This document shows, one piece after another, positions 1 to 9,728 of a stretch of DNA of 64,000 nt (position 1 is the stretch's first letter; each line of letters opens with the position of its first letter). The stretch is from contig JAJPRD010000001.1 of the NCBI GenBank assembly GCA_023700255.1, forward strand, positions 53,566 to 117,565, given 5' to 3'. The notes below the pieces were generated by a model. That model ran no database searches, was not told where the DNA came from, and was given only the letters and a program-made list of their open reading frames with translations. This DNA comes from Candidatus Thalassarchaeaceae archaeon. GTDB lineage: Archaea; Thermoplasmatota; Poseidoniia; Poseidoniales; Thalassarchaeaceae. A program made the translations under genes and the position numbers.

Positions 1-64
1 CTGCAAATGTTGATACTAACAATAAAAATGTCAGAAGATAAACTGTCTCAGTTCGAGAGCGCAT
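1..64 (-). CDS. N-terminus of a probable secreted/lipoprotein; truncated by window edge
   Basis: ATG at 64 reads MRSRTETVYLLTFLLLVSTFA(G): basic N-region, hydrophobic core, then FAG, like the FAGC/MAGC lipoboxes of other proteins here. Confidence 0.55.
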   Translation of the reverse strand, partial: MRSRTETVYLLTFLLLVSTFA

Positions 65-124
65 AGCGCTCTCGCATGGTTACTCACACATCAATCTCGC
101 GATTGACGTTTCTCAGATAAAATT

Positions 125-841
125 TCAGAGTAAGTCTGCTAATTCATCTTGAATAAACTGGACTGCCTCAAGGATTTCATCCTTATGCCTTGCGCCAGTT
201 ATAACCATCTTTCCACTACCGAAAATCAAACATACAACTTTTGGATAGTCTAATCTATAGATAAGTCCAGGGAATTGCTCTGGTTCATATTCTACCTTAT
301 CGAAAGGCAAGTGAAAAGTCAAATTATTTAGATTAAGTTTTCGAGGAAGAGCTGCTAAAGGTTCTCCTTCACGTATTCCACGAATTCTTTCATCATTTTC
401 TTTAACTTCTTCATCAGTAGCTGCTCTCATGCCACCATCTTCTAGATCAATAACACGTGTATTGTTGTCATCCATTCTAGCAGTCCCATTGTAATCTTCT
501 GGATAGAATAGGGAATATGTAGCAACCATATTTTGAACTTCTATTTCTACATCTTTCAAATCCCAAGTTTCGATTCCTGCATTTCGTAAGTCAGCAGTCA
601 TTCTTTCGATTCCTGTATGAATATTTTGCTCATTTTTTCCACCAGTGCAAACAGCTCTCCCTGAACGGAACATTAGTATTGCAAGTTTTGGATCTACGAC
701 TCTGTAAACAACCCCAGGGAACTGTTCAGGCTCATACTCACAATTCAATTGAATTGCGATATCCGGAAGATCTAGTTCTTCCGCTACTCGGGTTGATGCA
801 ACTACATTCACTACAGTTAGGCGTTCTTCGTCACTAAGCAT
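125..841 (-). CDS. tbp: TATA-box binding protein with internal insertion
   Basis: Two TBP repeats (VVNVVAS..YEPEQFPGVVYR..FRSGRAVCTG; VQNMVAT..YEPEQFPGLIYR..FGSGKMVITG). Start moved to ATG 841 (MLSDEE), 23 nt downstream of a TATA box. Confidence 0.96.
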   Translation of the reverse strand: MLSDEERLTVVNVVASTRVAEELDLPDIAIQLNCEYEPEQFPGVVYRVVDPKLAILMFRSGRAVCTGGKNEQNIHTGIERMTADLRNAGIETWDLKDVEIEVQNMVATYSLFYPEDYNGTARMDDNNTRVIDLEDGGMRAATDEEVKENDERIRGIREGEPLAALPRKLNLNNLTFHLPFDKVEYEPEQFPGLIYRLDYPKVVCLIFGSGKMVITGARHKDEILEAVQFIQDELADLL

Positions 842-863
842 ATCGCTCGCACTTACATTCCCC

Positions 864-870
864 TTATAAA
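864..870 (-). promoter_or_regulatory. Probable TATA box for leaderless tbp transcript
   Basis: TTTATAA on minus strand about 23-29 nt upstream of ATG 841. Confidence 0.5.
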
Positions 871-922
871 GAATAGTTGTCTTGAAATCCAAGGATAATC
901 TGGTTTCAGGTGTTTTAGTTGC

Positions 923-1921
923 TCATTCTTTCCTTATTTTAGCACCTCGAGATCCAAATCTCGAAATTAGTGGTTTCCCGCCACATAGTTCAATTTCTTG
1001 GGCAACTCTCTCAGGGTTTTCAGTTAATGCAACCATACATCCGCCCCCTCCTGCTCCAGTTAATTTAGAACCAAATGAATACTCTCTAGTTGCAGTGACC
1101 ATATTATCTAATGACTCATTACTAACTCCAAGAATCTTTAATTTTTCATGACAACTGTTCATTGCCATTCCTACTGCTTCTAAATTTCCTAATTCCAATG
1201 CGGTTAATCCTGCTTTAGTAATATTCTCAATAGCTTGCATTTCATCATGTAGTGCTGGATTTTCTTTTAGTCGATTAGCTACACCTGAAACCATATCTCC
1301 AGTAGGTGCTGCTTCTCCTGTAAATCCTAGGACTAACCATGCATCATTGATGTTCTTGTGTAATTCAACACTGTGTATTGACCAGCTTCTTTCCCCCTCT
1401 GGAGTTAATAGTTTAGTGTCATAAACATGATTTAATGACTCTATTTTTTCACCCGAAACAACGATGCAACCTCCTAGCGAACTAGTTGCAGAATCCGTTG
1501 GGCTTGCTCTTCCTGCTTGTGCACTTGCTTCTGCTGAGTGGCCTATTTTTGCTAATTTAATTAGATTTATTTCTTCATTAGGTTTAGTCAACTGGTGAAG
1601 GGCAGCTCCCATTGCATTCGAAAGTGCAGCACTGGAACCGAGTCCAGCCGCTGAAAATAAATTTGATTGAATGTTTATTCTAAGAGGCGATCCATTATAT
1701 TCAAAAATCTCACTAATGATATGTTGAATATGAGGGTTTTTTTCTGCTTTAAATTCTACGTATTTGTTAGTGTGGTAAGAATTCCTAATTTCCCATTGTT
1801 CAGAAAACTCTAGTTTTACTTCTACTCCTGCGTCAATGGCTACGGCTACTGCAGGGTGTCCATAGACTACTGCATGTTCTCCAAATAATATACACTTGCC
1901 GGGGGCGAAGGCAGTTGACAT
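923..1921 (-). CDS. mvk: Mevalonate kinase (GHMP family)
   Basis: APGKCILFGEHAVVYGHPA, GLGSSAA ATP loop, KLTGAGGGGC. Confidence 0.92.
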   Translation of the reverse strand: MSTAFAPGKCILFGEHAVVYGHPAVAVAIDAGVEVKLEFSEQWEIRNSYHTNKYVEFKAEKNPHIQHIISEIFEYNGSPLRINIQSNLFSAAGLGSSAALSNAMGAALHQLTKPNEEINLIKLAKIGHSAEASAQAGRASPTDSATSSLGGCIVVSGEKIESLNHVYDTKLLTPEGERSWSIHSVELHKNINDAWLVLGFTGEAAPTGDMVSGVANRLKENPALHDEMQAIENITKAGLTALELGNLEAVGMAMNSCHEKLKILGVSNESLDNMVTATREYSFGSKLTGAGGGGCMVALTENPERVAQEIELCGGKPLISRFGSRGAKIRKE

Positions 1922-2042
1922 GACTATCGGTAATGGGTCTAGGAAATTAGCATTGGGTACATGCTATCAATCGGTTAATTGAAAGTGCTGCTTCTCTTCC
2001 GAGACATAATCCGGTATTGGTTAGGCTAAGGAGTAATAGAAT

Positions 2043-4046
2043 ATGAAGCACCCATTAGAGATACAATATGGACCATTAGATGGATGGATAATCCTTCTTA
2101 TAATGGGAGGATTATCCATATCTTTCTTCTCATATCAAGTTATTAAAGCCACTAGACTGGTAATGCTTGGTGCTCCAGATAATCGTTTTGATTCATGGGG
2201 ATTAAGAATTAAAGAAATGCTTGTAGGATGGTTAGGGCAGAAGAAAGTCCTTAGAGATAAGATAGCAGGAACAATGCATGTATTGATGTTCTGGGGATTC
2301 CTTATGCTTGGGAGTGATATGCTTGACCTCGTTAGTGCGAATTACTTTTCGGAACATTTACTTCCTTCATTTCTTAATAACCCCTGGAATGGTATTGTAG
2401 AATTGGGCTATACTACTGCTTTATTGGGTGCTTTAGCCGCTTTGACCCGGAGAGTACTTTTTACTCCTACGAAACTCAAGGGCAAATCGCAGTTGGAAGG
2501 GAATTTCATCTTAGTGCTAATTTTGACTATAACTTCTACTTCTTTTATTATTGAGTCACCAGAAAATCCTGATAGAATATGGGAGCCATTAGGTTTCTGG
2601 GTTTCAGGACTTGGTTTATCTAGTAATTTCATAATCGCATCTTATTGGGCACATATGGTTTCAATATGCAGTTTCTTAGTGTTGATTCCATTATCTAAAC
2701 ATATGCACCTAGTTATGGCAATACCAAATGTATTCTTTCATGACACTCAAGCACTTGGTAAAATGCGTCCATTAGCAATCGGTGATGATGGTAAAGCAGT
2801 ACCTTTAGAAGATCTCGATATAGATTCATTTGGAGTTAGTACTTTTGATCAATATACTTGGAGACAAATAATTGATGGATGGTCATGTACATCTTGTGCA
2901 CGGTGTCAAGATGTTTGTCCAGCTTATGAGTCAGGAAAAGGATTGAATCCTATGCAAGTAATTCATGATGTTAGAGACTATGCTAATGAATATGCTCCAA
3001 TTCTTTTGAAAGGTGAGAATCCTGAAGAAACTATGCTGGCAAGAATAACCAGTGAGGCAGTTTGGGCTTGCACTACTTGTAATGCATGCGTTGATATTTG
3101 TCCACTTTACATCGAACATGTGCCTAAACTAACTGAACTTAGAAGAAATGCAATGATGGAAACAATGGACTATCCTGAAGAACTAAACGTTGCTATGGGT
3201 AATCTAGAATCTGCATCTAATCCATATGGTTTTGGGGCACACGAGAGAGCAGATTGGGCCTCTGATTTAGATGTTAAAGTAGGCCAACCTGCTGAATATA
3301 TTTATTTTGTAGGCTGTGCCGCTAGTTTTGATGAAAGAAATCAAAAGGTTGCTCGAGCAACTATATCTTTAATGAAAGAAGCCGGATTAGATGTTGGAAT
3401 TCTTGGGATGCAAGAAGGATGTTCTGGTGACCCTGCGAGACGTGCTGGTAACGAATATTTATTCCAAATGCTCGCTGAGACTAATATCACAACATTCCAA
3501 GAACTAGGTGTCAAAAGAATCGTAGCTTCCTGTCCTCACTGCTTCCATACATTAGGTAAGGAATATGGGGATTATGGTGCTGATGAACTAGAGGTATTCC
3601 ATCATACTGAGATCATGGCAAAATTACAAGAAGAAGGTAAACTTCCTGCATTTGATAAAGATGGAACAAGTATCACTTATCATGATCCTTGCTATCTTGG
3701 TCGTATAGGTGATGTGATTGATGAGCCTAGATCTGTCCTTGGAGGGATTGATGTCGAAGTTGAAAGACATGGTAAAGATTCTTTCTGTTGTGGTGCAGGT
3801 GGCGCTCAAATGTGGATGGAGGAAGATTCTGATAAGAGAGTGAATAAGATACGTGCTGAGGAAATTGCGGCAACAGGTTGTGATACAGTTGCAATAGGGT
3901 GTCCATTCTGTTCAGTTATGGTTAAAGATGGTCTTGATTCAGTAGGTTCTGAAATGGACGTAAAAGATGTAGCTGAATTACTTTGGGAACAAATTGTGGC
4001 TAGAGATGAAGAAATTCATGCCTCAGCAAGTGTAACAACTGAGTAG
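2043..4046 (+). CDS. Membrane-bound Fe-S oxidoreductase, FadF/HdrD-like (TM cytochrome b-like domain, 2x[4Fe-4S], CCG domains)
   Basis: N-terminal TM helices with His; CTSCARCQDVCP and CTTCNACVDICP; CSGDPARRAGNE, SCPHC, YHDPCYLGR, CCGAGG, CPFC. Confidence 0.88.
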   Translation: MKHPLEIQYGPLDGWIILLIMGGLSISFFSYQVIKATRLVMLGAPDNRFDSWGLRIKEMLVGWLGQKKVLRDKIAGTMHVLMFWGFLMLGSDMLDLVSANYFSEHLLPSFLNNPWNGIVELGYTTALLGALAALTRRVLFTPTKLKGKSQLEGNFILVLILTITSTSFIIESPENPDRIWEPLGFWVSGLGLSSNFIIASYWAHMVSICSFLVLIPLSKHMHLVMAIPNVFFHDTQALGKMRPLAIGDDGKAVPLEDLDIDSFGVSTFDQYTWRQIIDGWSCTSCARCQDVCPAYESGKGLNPMQVIHDVRDYANEYAPILLKGENPEETMLARITSEAVWACTTCNACVDICPLYIEHVPKLTELRRNAMMETMDYPEELNVAMGNLESASNPYGFGAHERADWASDLDVKVGQPAEYIYFVGCAASFDERNQKVARATISLMKEAGLDVGILGMQEGCSGDPARRAGNEYLFQMLAETNITTFQELGVKRIVASCPHCFHTLGKEYGDYGADELEVFHHTEIMAKLQEEGKLPAFDKDGTSITYHDPCYLGRIGDVIDEPRSVLGGIDVEVERHGKDSFCCGAGGAQMWMEEDSDKRVNKIRAEEIAATGCDTVAIGCPFCSVMVKDGLDSVGSEMDVKDVAELLWEQIVARDEEIHASASVTTE

Positions 4047-4083
4047 TAAGTATTTTCTTAAACTCAATCTCTTTCGTAAGGTC

Positions 4084-4479
4084 ATGAGTGATGATTTCAA
4101 ATTTCTAGGCCAATCTATTCCAAACTTTGCTATTATTTGCGGTGGAATTCTTATCTTGTGGGGAATCGCCTCTTATGCAATAAGTGATACAGGTAGTATA
4201 ACTGCATTAATTCCATCATTTTTTGGAACACCTTTGTTGATACTTGGTGTTCTTTCAATTAAAAATAATGCTAACAAACATCATTACATGCATGCATCTA
4301 TGGTTTTCTCAATGGTTTCAGTTTTAGGAGGATTTCGAATCTTCTCTCTCGACGATGCTAGTGATTTGACTTTAGCATCTCATATGATTTTGATTATAAT
4401 TGGTGTAGTTTTTATGGTTGGTGGAATTCTTTCGTTCAGGCATGCAAGGAAATTACGAGAGTCACTTGGTAGTGAATAA
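4084..4479 (+). CDS. Small 4-TM membrane protein (TMEM14-like)
   Basis: Four hydrophobic segments; S(I)TALIP and HYMH motifs. Confidence 0.6.
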   Translation: MSDDFKFLGQSIPNFAIICGGILILWGIASYAISDTGSITALIPSFFGTPLLILGVLSIKNNANKHHYMHASMVFSMVSVLGGFRIFSLDDASDLTLASHMILIIIGVVFMVGGILSFRHARKLRESLGSE

Positions 4480-4481
4480 AA

Positions 4482-5168
4482 ATGAGACCTCTAATTGGGA
4501 TAACAACATCTGTTAATTCTCGCGATTATGAGGTTTCTAATCAATCGGTAGTAATGTTACCTGAAACTTATCCTAAAGCTGTTCAACGAGCAGGAGGGAT
4601 TCCTCTTCTACTATCTGAATGTGATGATAGTGAGGAATTGTTAGATTGCTTAGATGGATTAATAATTTCAGGAGGAAGAGATATTAATCCTAAATTGTAC
4701 AATCAAGATGCTCATCAAAAAACTATTGATTTCAGTGATAGCCAAGATAAATGGGAAGCTTCTTTGATTGAAGGTGCTATAGAAAGGGATATCCCTCTTC
4801 TCTGTATTTGCCGCGGTCATCAACTGCTTTGCGTCATTCGTGGGGGTGAATTATTTCAGGATCTTCCTACTACTGAAGGTTTTGAAAAACATGGAGAGTC
4901 CGGAGGAAAATGGTCTCAACACATTGTTAAAATAGAGCCGGGTTCTTTAATTCATGAGTTATTAGGTGATGAAGTGAATGGAAATTCCGGTCATCATCAA
5001 GGCGTATCTGATGCTGGTGATCTGAAGGTTGTTGGGAGAACTTTAGATGGTTTAATTGAGGCTGTCGAATTAGATACTTGTAGATTCCTTATTTCTACTC
5101 AATGGCATCCGGAGATGCTAGGACAAAATTCTATTTTTGAAGGACTAATTAAAGCGTCCATTGAATAA
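4482..5168 (+). CDS. Peptidase C26 / gamma-glutamyl-gamma-aminobutyrate hydrolase (PuuD-like), copy 1
   Basis: RPLIGIT, DGLIISGGRD, LCICRG nucleophile, NSGHHQ, QWHPE. Confidence 0.88.
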   Translation: MRPLIGITTSVNSRDYEVSNQSVVMLPETYPKAVQRAGGIPLLLSECDDSEELLDCLDGLIISGGRDINPKLYNQDAHQKTIDFSDSQDKWEASLIEGAIERDIPLLCICRGHQLLCVIRGGELFQDLPTTEGFEKHGESGGKWSQHIVKIEPGSLIHELLGDEVNGNSGHHQGVSDAGDLKVVGRTLDGLIEAVELDTCRFLISTQWHPEMLGQNSIFEGLIKASIE

Positions 5169-5209
5169 TAGTCAAACTAATTATTAATCATTCCTTTCAC
5201 GGCTATATT

Positions 5210-5908
5210 ATGTTAGGTGTAATAAGTCCAGTAATTGGCATCACCTGCCCTGCTCGCCCTACGAAATGGGCTAATTGGGAACTTGATGCAGTAGTGCTAC
5301 CTACAACTTACCATAAAATGGTGATCGAATGTGGTGGTATACCTCTACTTATCCCACCGGGTTGTAGTTCTGATGTAATTGATAGGATCGATGGGTTACT
5401 AATATCTGGTGGCCCTGATATAAATGCAAAACTCTACGGTGAAATCAATGGCCCCTATACTAACGAAATATATCCTGAACAAGATGCCTCTGAGATTGAA
5501 TTAATGAAATCTGCAATAGCTAAAGATATCCCTCTATTGTGTATATGCCGTGGATTCCAATTACTTTGTGTGATAAATGGTGGGAAATTGCATCAACATT
5601 TACCTGAAACAGAAGGCCATCGAAATCATGGTGGGTGGAACGGCGAAGTGACTGAGCATGGTGTTGAAATTCTTGAAGGGACTAAATTATGGGAAATCAT
5701 GGGTCCTCATGCAACTGCTAACTCAACCCATCATCAAGGTGTATCTGACCCTGGAGAACTATCTGTTTCTGCGTATTCTAGTCATGATAATTTGATTGAA
5801 GCAGTAGAAATAAAAAGTCGTAAATTTTGTATTGGAGTTCAGTGGCATCCGGAACGCATAGATCATGTTAGTTTGTATCTCGCCTTCATTAAATCAGCGC
5901 GAGGTTAA
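5210..5908 (+). CDS. Peptidase C26 / PuuD-like hydrolase, copy 2
   Basis: PVIGIT, DGLLISGGPD, LCICRG, NSTHHQ, QWHPE. Confidence 0.88.
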   Translation: MLGVISPVIGITCPARPTKWANWELDAVVLPTTYHKMVIECGGIPLLIPPGCSSDVIDRIDGLLISGGPDINAKLYGEINGPYTNEIYPEQDASEIELMKSAIAKDIPLLCICRGFQLLCVINGGKLHQHLPETEGHRNHGGWNGEVTEHGVEILEGTKLWEIMGPHATANSTHHQGVSDPGELSVSAYSSHDNLIEAVEIKSRKFCIGVQWHPERIDHVSLYLAFIKSARG

Positions 5909-5940
5909 TGACTGTAAATGTGTACCATGATTTGATAGGT

Positions 5941-7371
5941 ATGGTGCTGCGACTCTACGATACTCGTTCTCGCAGTAAAAGAACCTTGAAAACATTAGTT
6001 CCCGGTGAGGTCGGAATTTACGTATGTGGCATAACTCCTTACTCTCCTAGCCATATAGGTCATGCACGTCAAGCCATTGCCTTCGACATTATTGTAAGAT
6101 GGCTAAGAAAAAGTGGCCTTATCGTTAATCATATTACTAATTTCACCGATATTGACGATAAAATAATACGTATTGCTAACGAGGAAAACATCAATTTCCT
6201 TGATGTTGCAAATAGGAATATTGCAGATTATTTTGAAGTTATGGATTTACTAAATGTAATACCCGCTGATTCTTACCCAAGAGTGACTGAAATAATTCCT
6301 GAAATAATTGATATGATTACTAAGTTAATTGAGTCTGGTAATGCTTATTCATCCCCCGATGGCGTATATTTCGAAATTGATACTGCACCCGAAAAATATG
6401 GTCAATTGACAGGGCAAACATTAGAAATGGTTAGAGAAGGTGCTGGAGGTAGAGTTTCCAAAACAGGTACAGGGAAGAAAAATCATAGAGATTTTGCATT
6501 GTGGAAATTAGCCAAACCTGGCGAACCACATTGGCCAAGTCCTTGGGGTGATGGTCGACCTGGTTGGCATATCGAATGCTCAGTCATGTCTTTACAACAT
6601 CTAGGTGAGCAATTCGATATCCATGGTGGAGGTTCAGATTTAATGTTCCCTCATCATGAAGCCGAGATATTTCAATCAGAATGCTGCCTTAATCATGACC
6701 CAGTAGTTCAATATTGGATCCATAATGGTATGATTAATGTTGATGGTGAGAAAATGAGTAAATCTTTAGGGAATTTTTGGACTATAAGGGACGCAATTTC
6801 TAAGGTAGAGCCATTAGAATTGAGATATTGCCTAATTAATGCACCATATAGGCAACCCGTTGAGTTTAATGACGTCATGCTTGATGACTCATCAAGTCAT
6901 TATCGTAGATTATTATCTGCATATGGTGAAGGTATTTCTAAGTGTAGTAAGGGGGATTGGAGAAGTTCTGAATTTTTACAAGAAGCTGAATCTAATTTTT
7001 CAGAAGGGATGAATGATGATTTCAATACTAGAGTGGCGATAGTTGAGGTTCAATCTGTAGTCAAACATCTAAGAGAAAAATTAGATTCTAACTCTTATGA
7101 CGATGTATCATCTGCAGTGTCTTGGTTATCTGAATTTGCAGGCGATGTCTTAGGTATTTTACCAAGTGATCCGATAGTAAAAGAAAAAATCAAAAAAATA
7201 GAAAGTGAAAGAATGCAGGTTTCTAATTTAGTTACTGATTTACTTAATCAAAGAAAAATAGCTCGTGAAAATAAAGATTGGAATAAAGCAGACCTGATTA
7301 GAAATCAACTAAATGAAATTGGCGTAATAGTAGAAGACTCTCCAAATGGTCCTGTTTGGAAACTAAAATAA
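5941..7371 (+). CDS. cysS: Cysteine--tRNA ligase
   Basis: YVCGIT, HIGH, DFALWK, GRPGWHIECS, HHEAE, KMSKS; start refined to MVLRLYDT. Confidence 0.97.
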   Translation: MVLRLYDTRSRSKRTLKTLVPGEVGIYVCGITPYSPSHIGHARQAIAFDIIVRWLRKSGLIVNHITNFTDIDDKIIRIANEENINFLDVANRNIADYFEVMDLLNVIPADSYPRVTEIIPEIIDMITKLIESGNAYSSPDGVYFEIDTAPEKYGQLTGQTLEMVREGAGGRVSKTGTGKKNHRDFALWKLAKPGEPHWPSPWGDGRPGWHIECSVMSLQHLGEQFDIHGGGSDLMFPHHEAEIFQSECCLNHDPVVQYWIHNGMINVDGEKMSKSLGNFWTIRDAISKVEPLELRYCLINAPYRQPVEFNDVMLDDSSSHYRRLLSAYGEGISKCSKGDWRSSEFLQEAESNFSEGMNDDFNTRVAIVEVQSVVKHLREKLDSNSYDDVSSAVSWLSEFAGDVLGILPSDPIVKEKIKKIESERMQVSNLVTDLLNQRKIARENKDWNKADLIRNQLNEIGVIVEDSPNGPVWKLK

Positions 7372-7446
7372 ACTATCCAATCCGATTATTGGAATTCGAG
7401 AATAGATAGCGAAGCACCGATAAGTCTCTTCATTCCCCCCAGTATT

Positions 7447-8886
7447 ATGTCTGACCTATCCGTGGTTCAAACTGTGTTTGTAGTATTGATAGTATCTAGT
7501 ACTGCAATGGCTGGATGTTTGGAAGCAGTCGAATCAGCAACAGAGGGGCCACCAGATTGGGATAAAGACTTAATTTATTTAGAAGATCCATTAACTCATG
7601 AAGATCCTAGAGAATTTACTACTAGAACAATTACAGATAGAGGATCTGTAGAAGGTGAAGCTTTTTGGGCAGTATTCGGTAATGAAGAAGGAGGTAATTG
7701 TTGTGAACATTATCTCGCAGGAACTAAAGAAGGATGGATTGTTAATTTCGGAGGAGAGTATCCTACGTGGTCAGAAGATAGAGGACATACATGGCAAGAG
7801 TACCAGCCAACTATTTTCTCTCAACTCGGCTGTTTGGAACCTAAGCCTACTATCCCAGGCCAAGAAGGGCTCGGTGAAGGGAGTATAGTTCAGGCAACAA
7901 ATGGTGACTTGATTTCTATGGGGTGGTTTCCTTATCCTAGTGCTAGTGGAGCAGATCAATTCTATGCATTTCTCTATGATGCTGAAGATGAGGAATGGAG
8001 TTGGTGTTTCAATCGAACACCTGAACCATTTTATGATCGTTCATGGCAAGTTGAAGTAATAGGTCCAATTAACGGTGGTATTTATGGAAATGGTGACTAT
8101 GCCAGCCTAGTAATATCTAACTTTTGGCATCAAGTACAGAATGTTGGCGGACAAATCTCTACTGATGGTTTAAACTATGACTACTTTCCTTTTCCCGATA
8201 GAGATGGAACTCTAGATAGTATAGAAGTCAATCTAATTTCTGAAGATTTAGGAGTTGAATGGGACTTTACTAAACCTCACAAGGAAATGAGATCATTCCC
8301 TGTCCCATCTGGGGGTCTTTATTTTCCAAACTACTTCATTGATGGTACGGATGCATATTTAGATACATCACTTAATTGGTGGTCCGCTACAAATCAAAAT
8401 GGTTCATCTCTTCCCTCGGAGTATTGTGCATTTGATTCATCCAGCGCACTACATTGTGTAGTTTCCGAATCAAATATAATTACTCATTTTATCTCTTTTG
8501 ATGGTGGTGAAAATTGGCAAAATTTCACCTATGATTTATCAAATGACGTTAGTGCAATTGAAGAATGGGAGTTCCATTCTAGTGGAGTCCACGACCTCTT
8601 TGTTCTGAGTGTTAGGTATCAAAGTTCTTTGGGCCCTGACGTTGATGTCGCATACCATGTTCGTGATTTCTCTGAATCATTATATCCTGATCAAATAACT
8701 TACATTGGTCAAGGTGATTTAGATTCTACATCAGGTGCAGGTGCAGATATTCGATTTGATTTTGCTAGTATGGGTATACTCCCTGATGGTGGTTCTTTCA
8801 TTGCTTATATGGATTCAACAGATCCTGATCCTTTATTCGCTGTAGAAATGCTTCTACCTGATAATTATCAAGATAATATGATGTAA
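7447..8886 (+). CDS. Acidic lipoprotein with Asp-box (BNR) repeats, probable beta-propeller
   Basis: Signal peptide with MAGC lipobox; Asp-boxes SEDRGHTW and SFDGGENW; NCCEHY motif. Confidence 0.6.
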   Translation: MSDLSVVQTVFVVLIVSSTAMAGCLEAVESATEGPPDWDKDLIYLEDPLTHEDPREFTTRTITDRGSVEGEAFWAVFGNEEGGNCCEHYLAGTKEGWIVNFGGEYPTWSEDRGHTWQEYQPTIFSQLGCLEPKPTIPGQEGLGEGSIVQATNGDLISMGWFPYPSASGADQFYAFLYDAEDEEWSWCFNRTPEPFYDRSWQVEVIGPINGGIYGNGDYASLVISNFWHQVQNVGGQISTDGLNYDYFPFPDRDGTLDSIEVNLISEDLGVEWDFTKPHKEMRSFPVPSGGLYFPNYFIDGTDAYLDTSLNWWSATNQNGSSLPSEYCAFDSSSALHCVVSESNIITHFISFDGGENWQNFTYDLSNDVSAIEEWEFHSSGVHDLFVLSVRYQSSLGPDVDVAYHVRDFSESLYPDQITYIGQGDLDSTSGAGADIRFDFASMGILPDGGSFIAYMDSTDPDPLFAVEMLLPDNYQDNMM

Positions 8887-8900
8887 TAAGAGTTGGAAAT

Positions 8901-9728
8901 ATGGATAATTTAGAATCTAATTCTCAAGGAAAGAATTACAAATCAATTATTCATGAAGTTATTTTTGAAGCTGATACCCGAGCTGGAAAATTATTTGATA
9001 TTCTTCTATTGATTTCTATATCAGCCTCAGTTATTGCAGTTTCACTTGAAAGTGTAGGATCTATTGACAATGTTTATGGTGACCAACTATATTTTATTGA
9101 ATGGCTTTTTACAATACTATTCACAATTGAATATATTCTTAGATTATATTCTGTAATTAAACCTATGAAATATGCTACTTCATTTTTTGGAGTTGTAGAT
9201 TTAATGTCTATTTTACCTACATTTATTGGTTTAATCTATCCTTATGCAGGTTTCCAAAGTTTACTTGTAATCAGGGCATTACGGCTTTTGAGAATTTTCA
9301 GAATATTCAAACTAACCAGATATTTAGGTGAGGCTACGGTATTGAGTCAAGCTCTGATTCAGTCTAAAGATAGAATCATAGTTTTTCTTTCAACAATCAC
9401 AGTTCTAAGTTTTATAAGTGGTGCTGGTATGTATTTGGTAGAAGGCCCTACTAATGGTTTCACCTCAATTCCTCAAAGTGTATATTGGGCTATCACTACA
9501 CTAACAAGTACCGGTTATGGTGACACAGTGCCTCAAACTCCATTTGGCAAAATACTTGCTATATTTATTATGGTAATGGGTTATAGTTTGATTATAGTTC
9601 CAACTGGTATAATTACAAATCAGTTAGTTAACTCTTCAGGAATAACCACTCAAGCATGTCCTTATTGTTCCAAAGAAGGACATGATGTTAATGCTAAACA
9701 TTGCAAATTTTGTGGTTCGAAAATTTAA
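8901..9728 (+). CDS. Voltage-gated 6-TM potassium channel with C-terminal Zn ribbon
   Basis: S4 RALRLLRIFRIFKL, pore TLTSTGYGD, C-terminal CPYC..CKFC. Confidence 0.9.
   Translation: MDNLESNSQGKNYKSIIHEVIFEADTRAGKLFDILLLISISASVIAVSLESVGSIDNVYGDQLYFIEWLFTILFTIEYILRLYSVIKPMKYATSFFGVVDLMSILPTFIGLIYPYAGFQSLLVIRALRLLRIFRIFKLTRYLGEATVLSQALIQSKDRIIVFLSTITVLSFISGAGMYLVEGPTNGFTSIPQSVYWAITTLTSTGYGDTVPQTPFGKILAIFIMVMGYSLIIVPTGIITNQLVNSSGITTQACPYCSKEGHDVNAKHCKFCGSKI

Noticed and set aside
347-508. TBP insertion as an intein or intron
   Set aside because: Too short; no Cys/Ser start or His-Asn end; frame stays open and no bulge-helix-bulge seen
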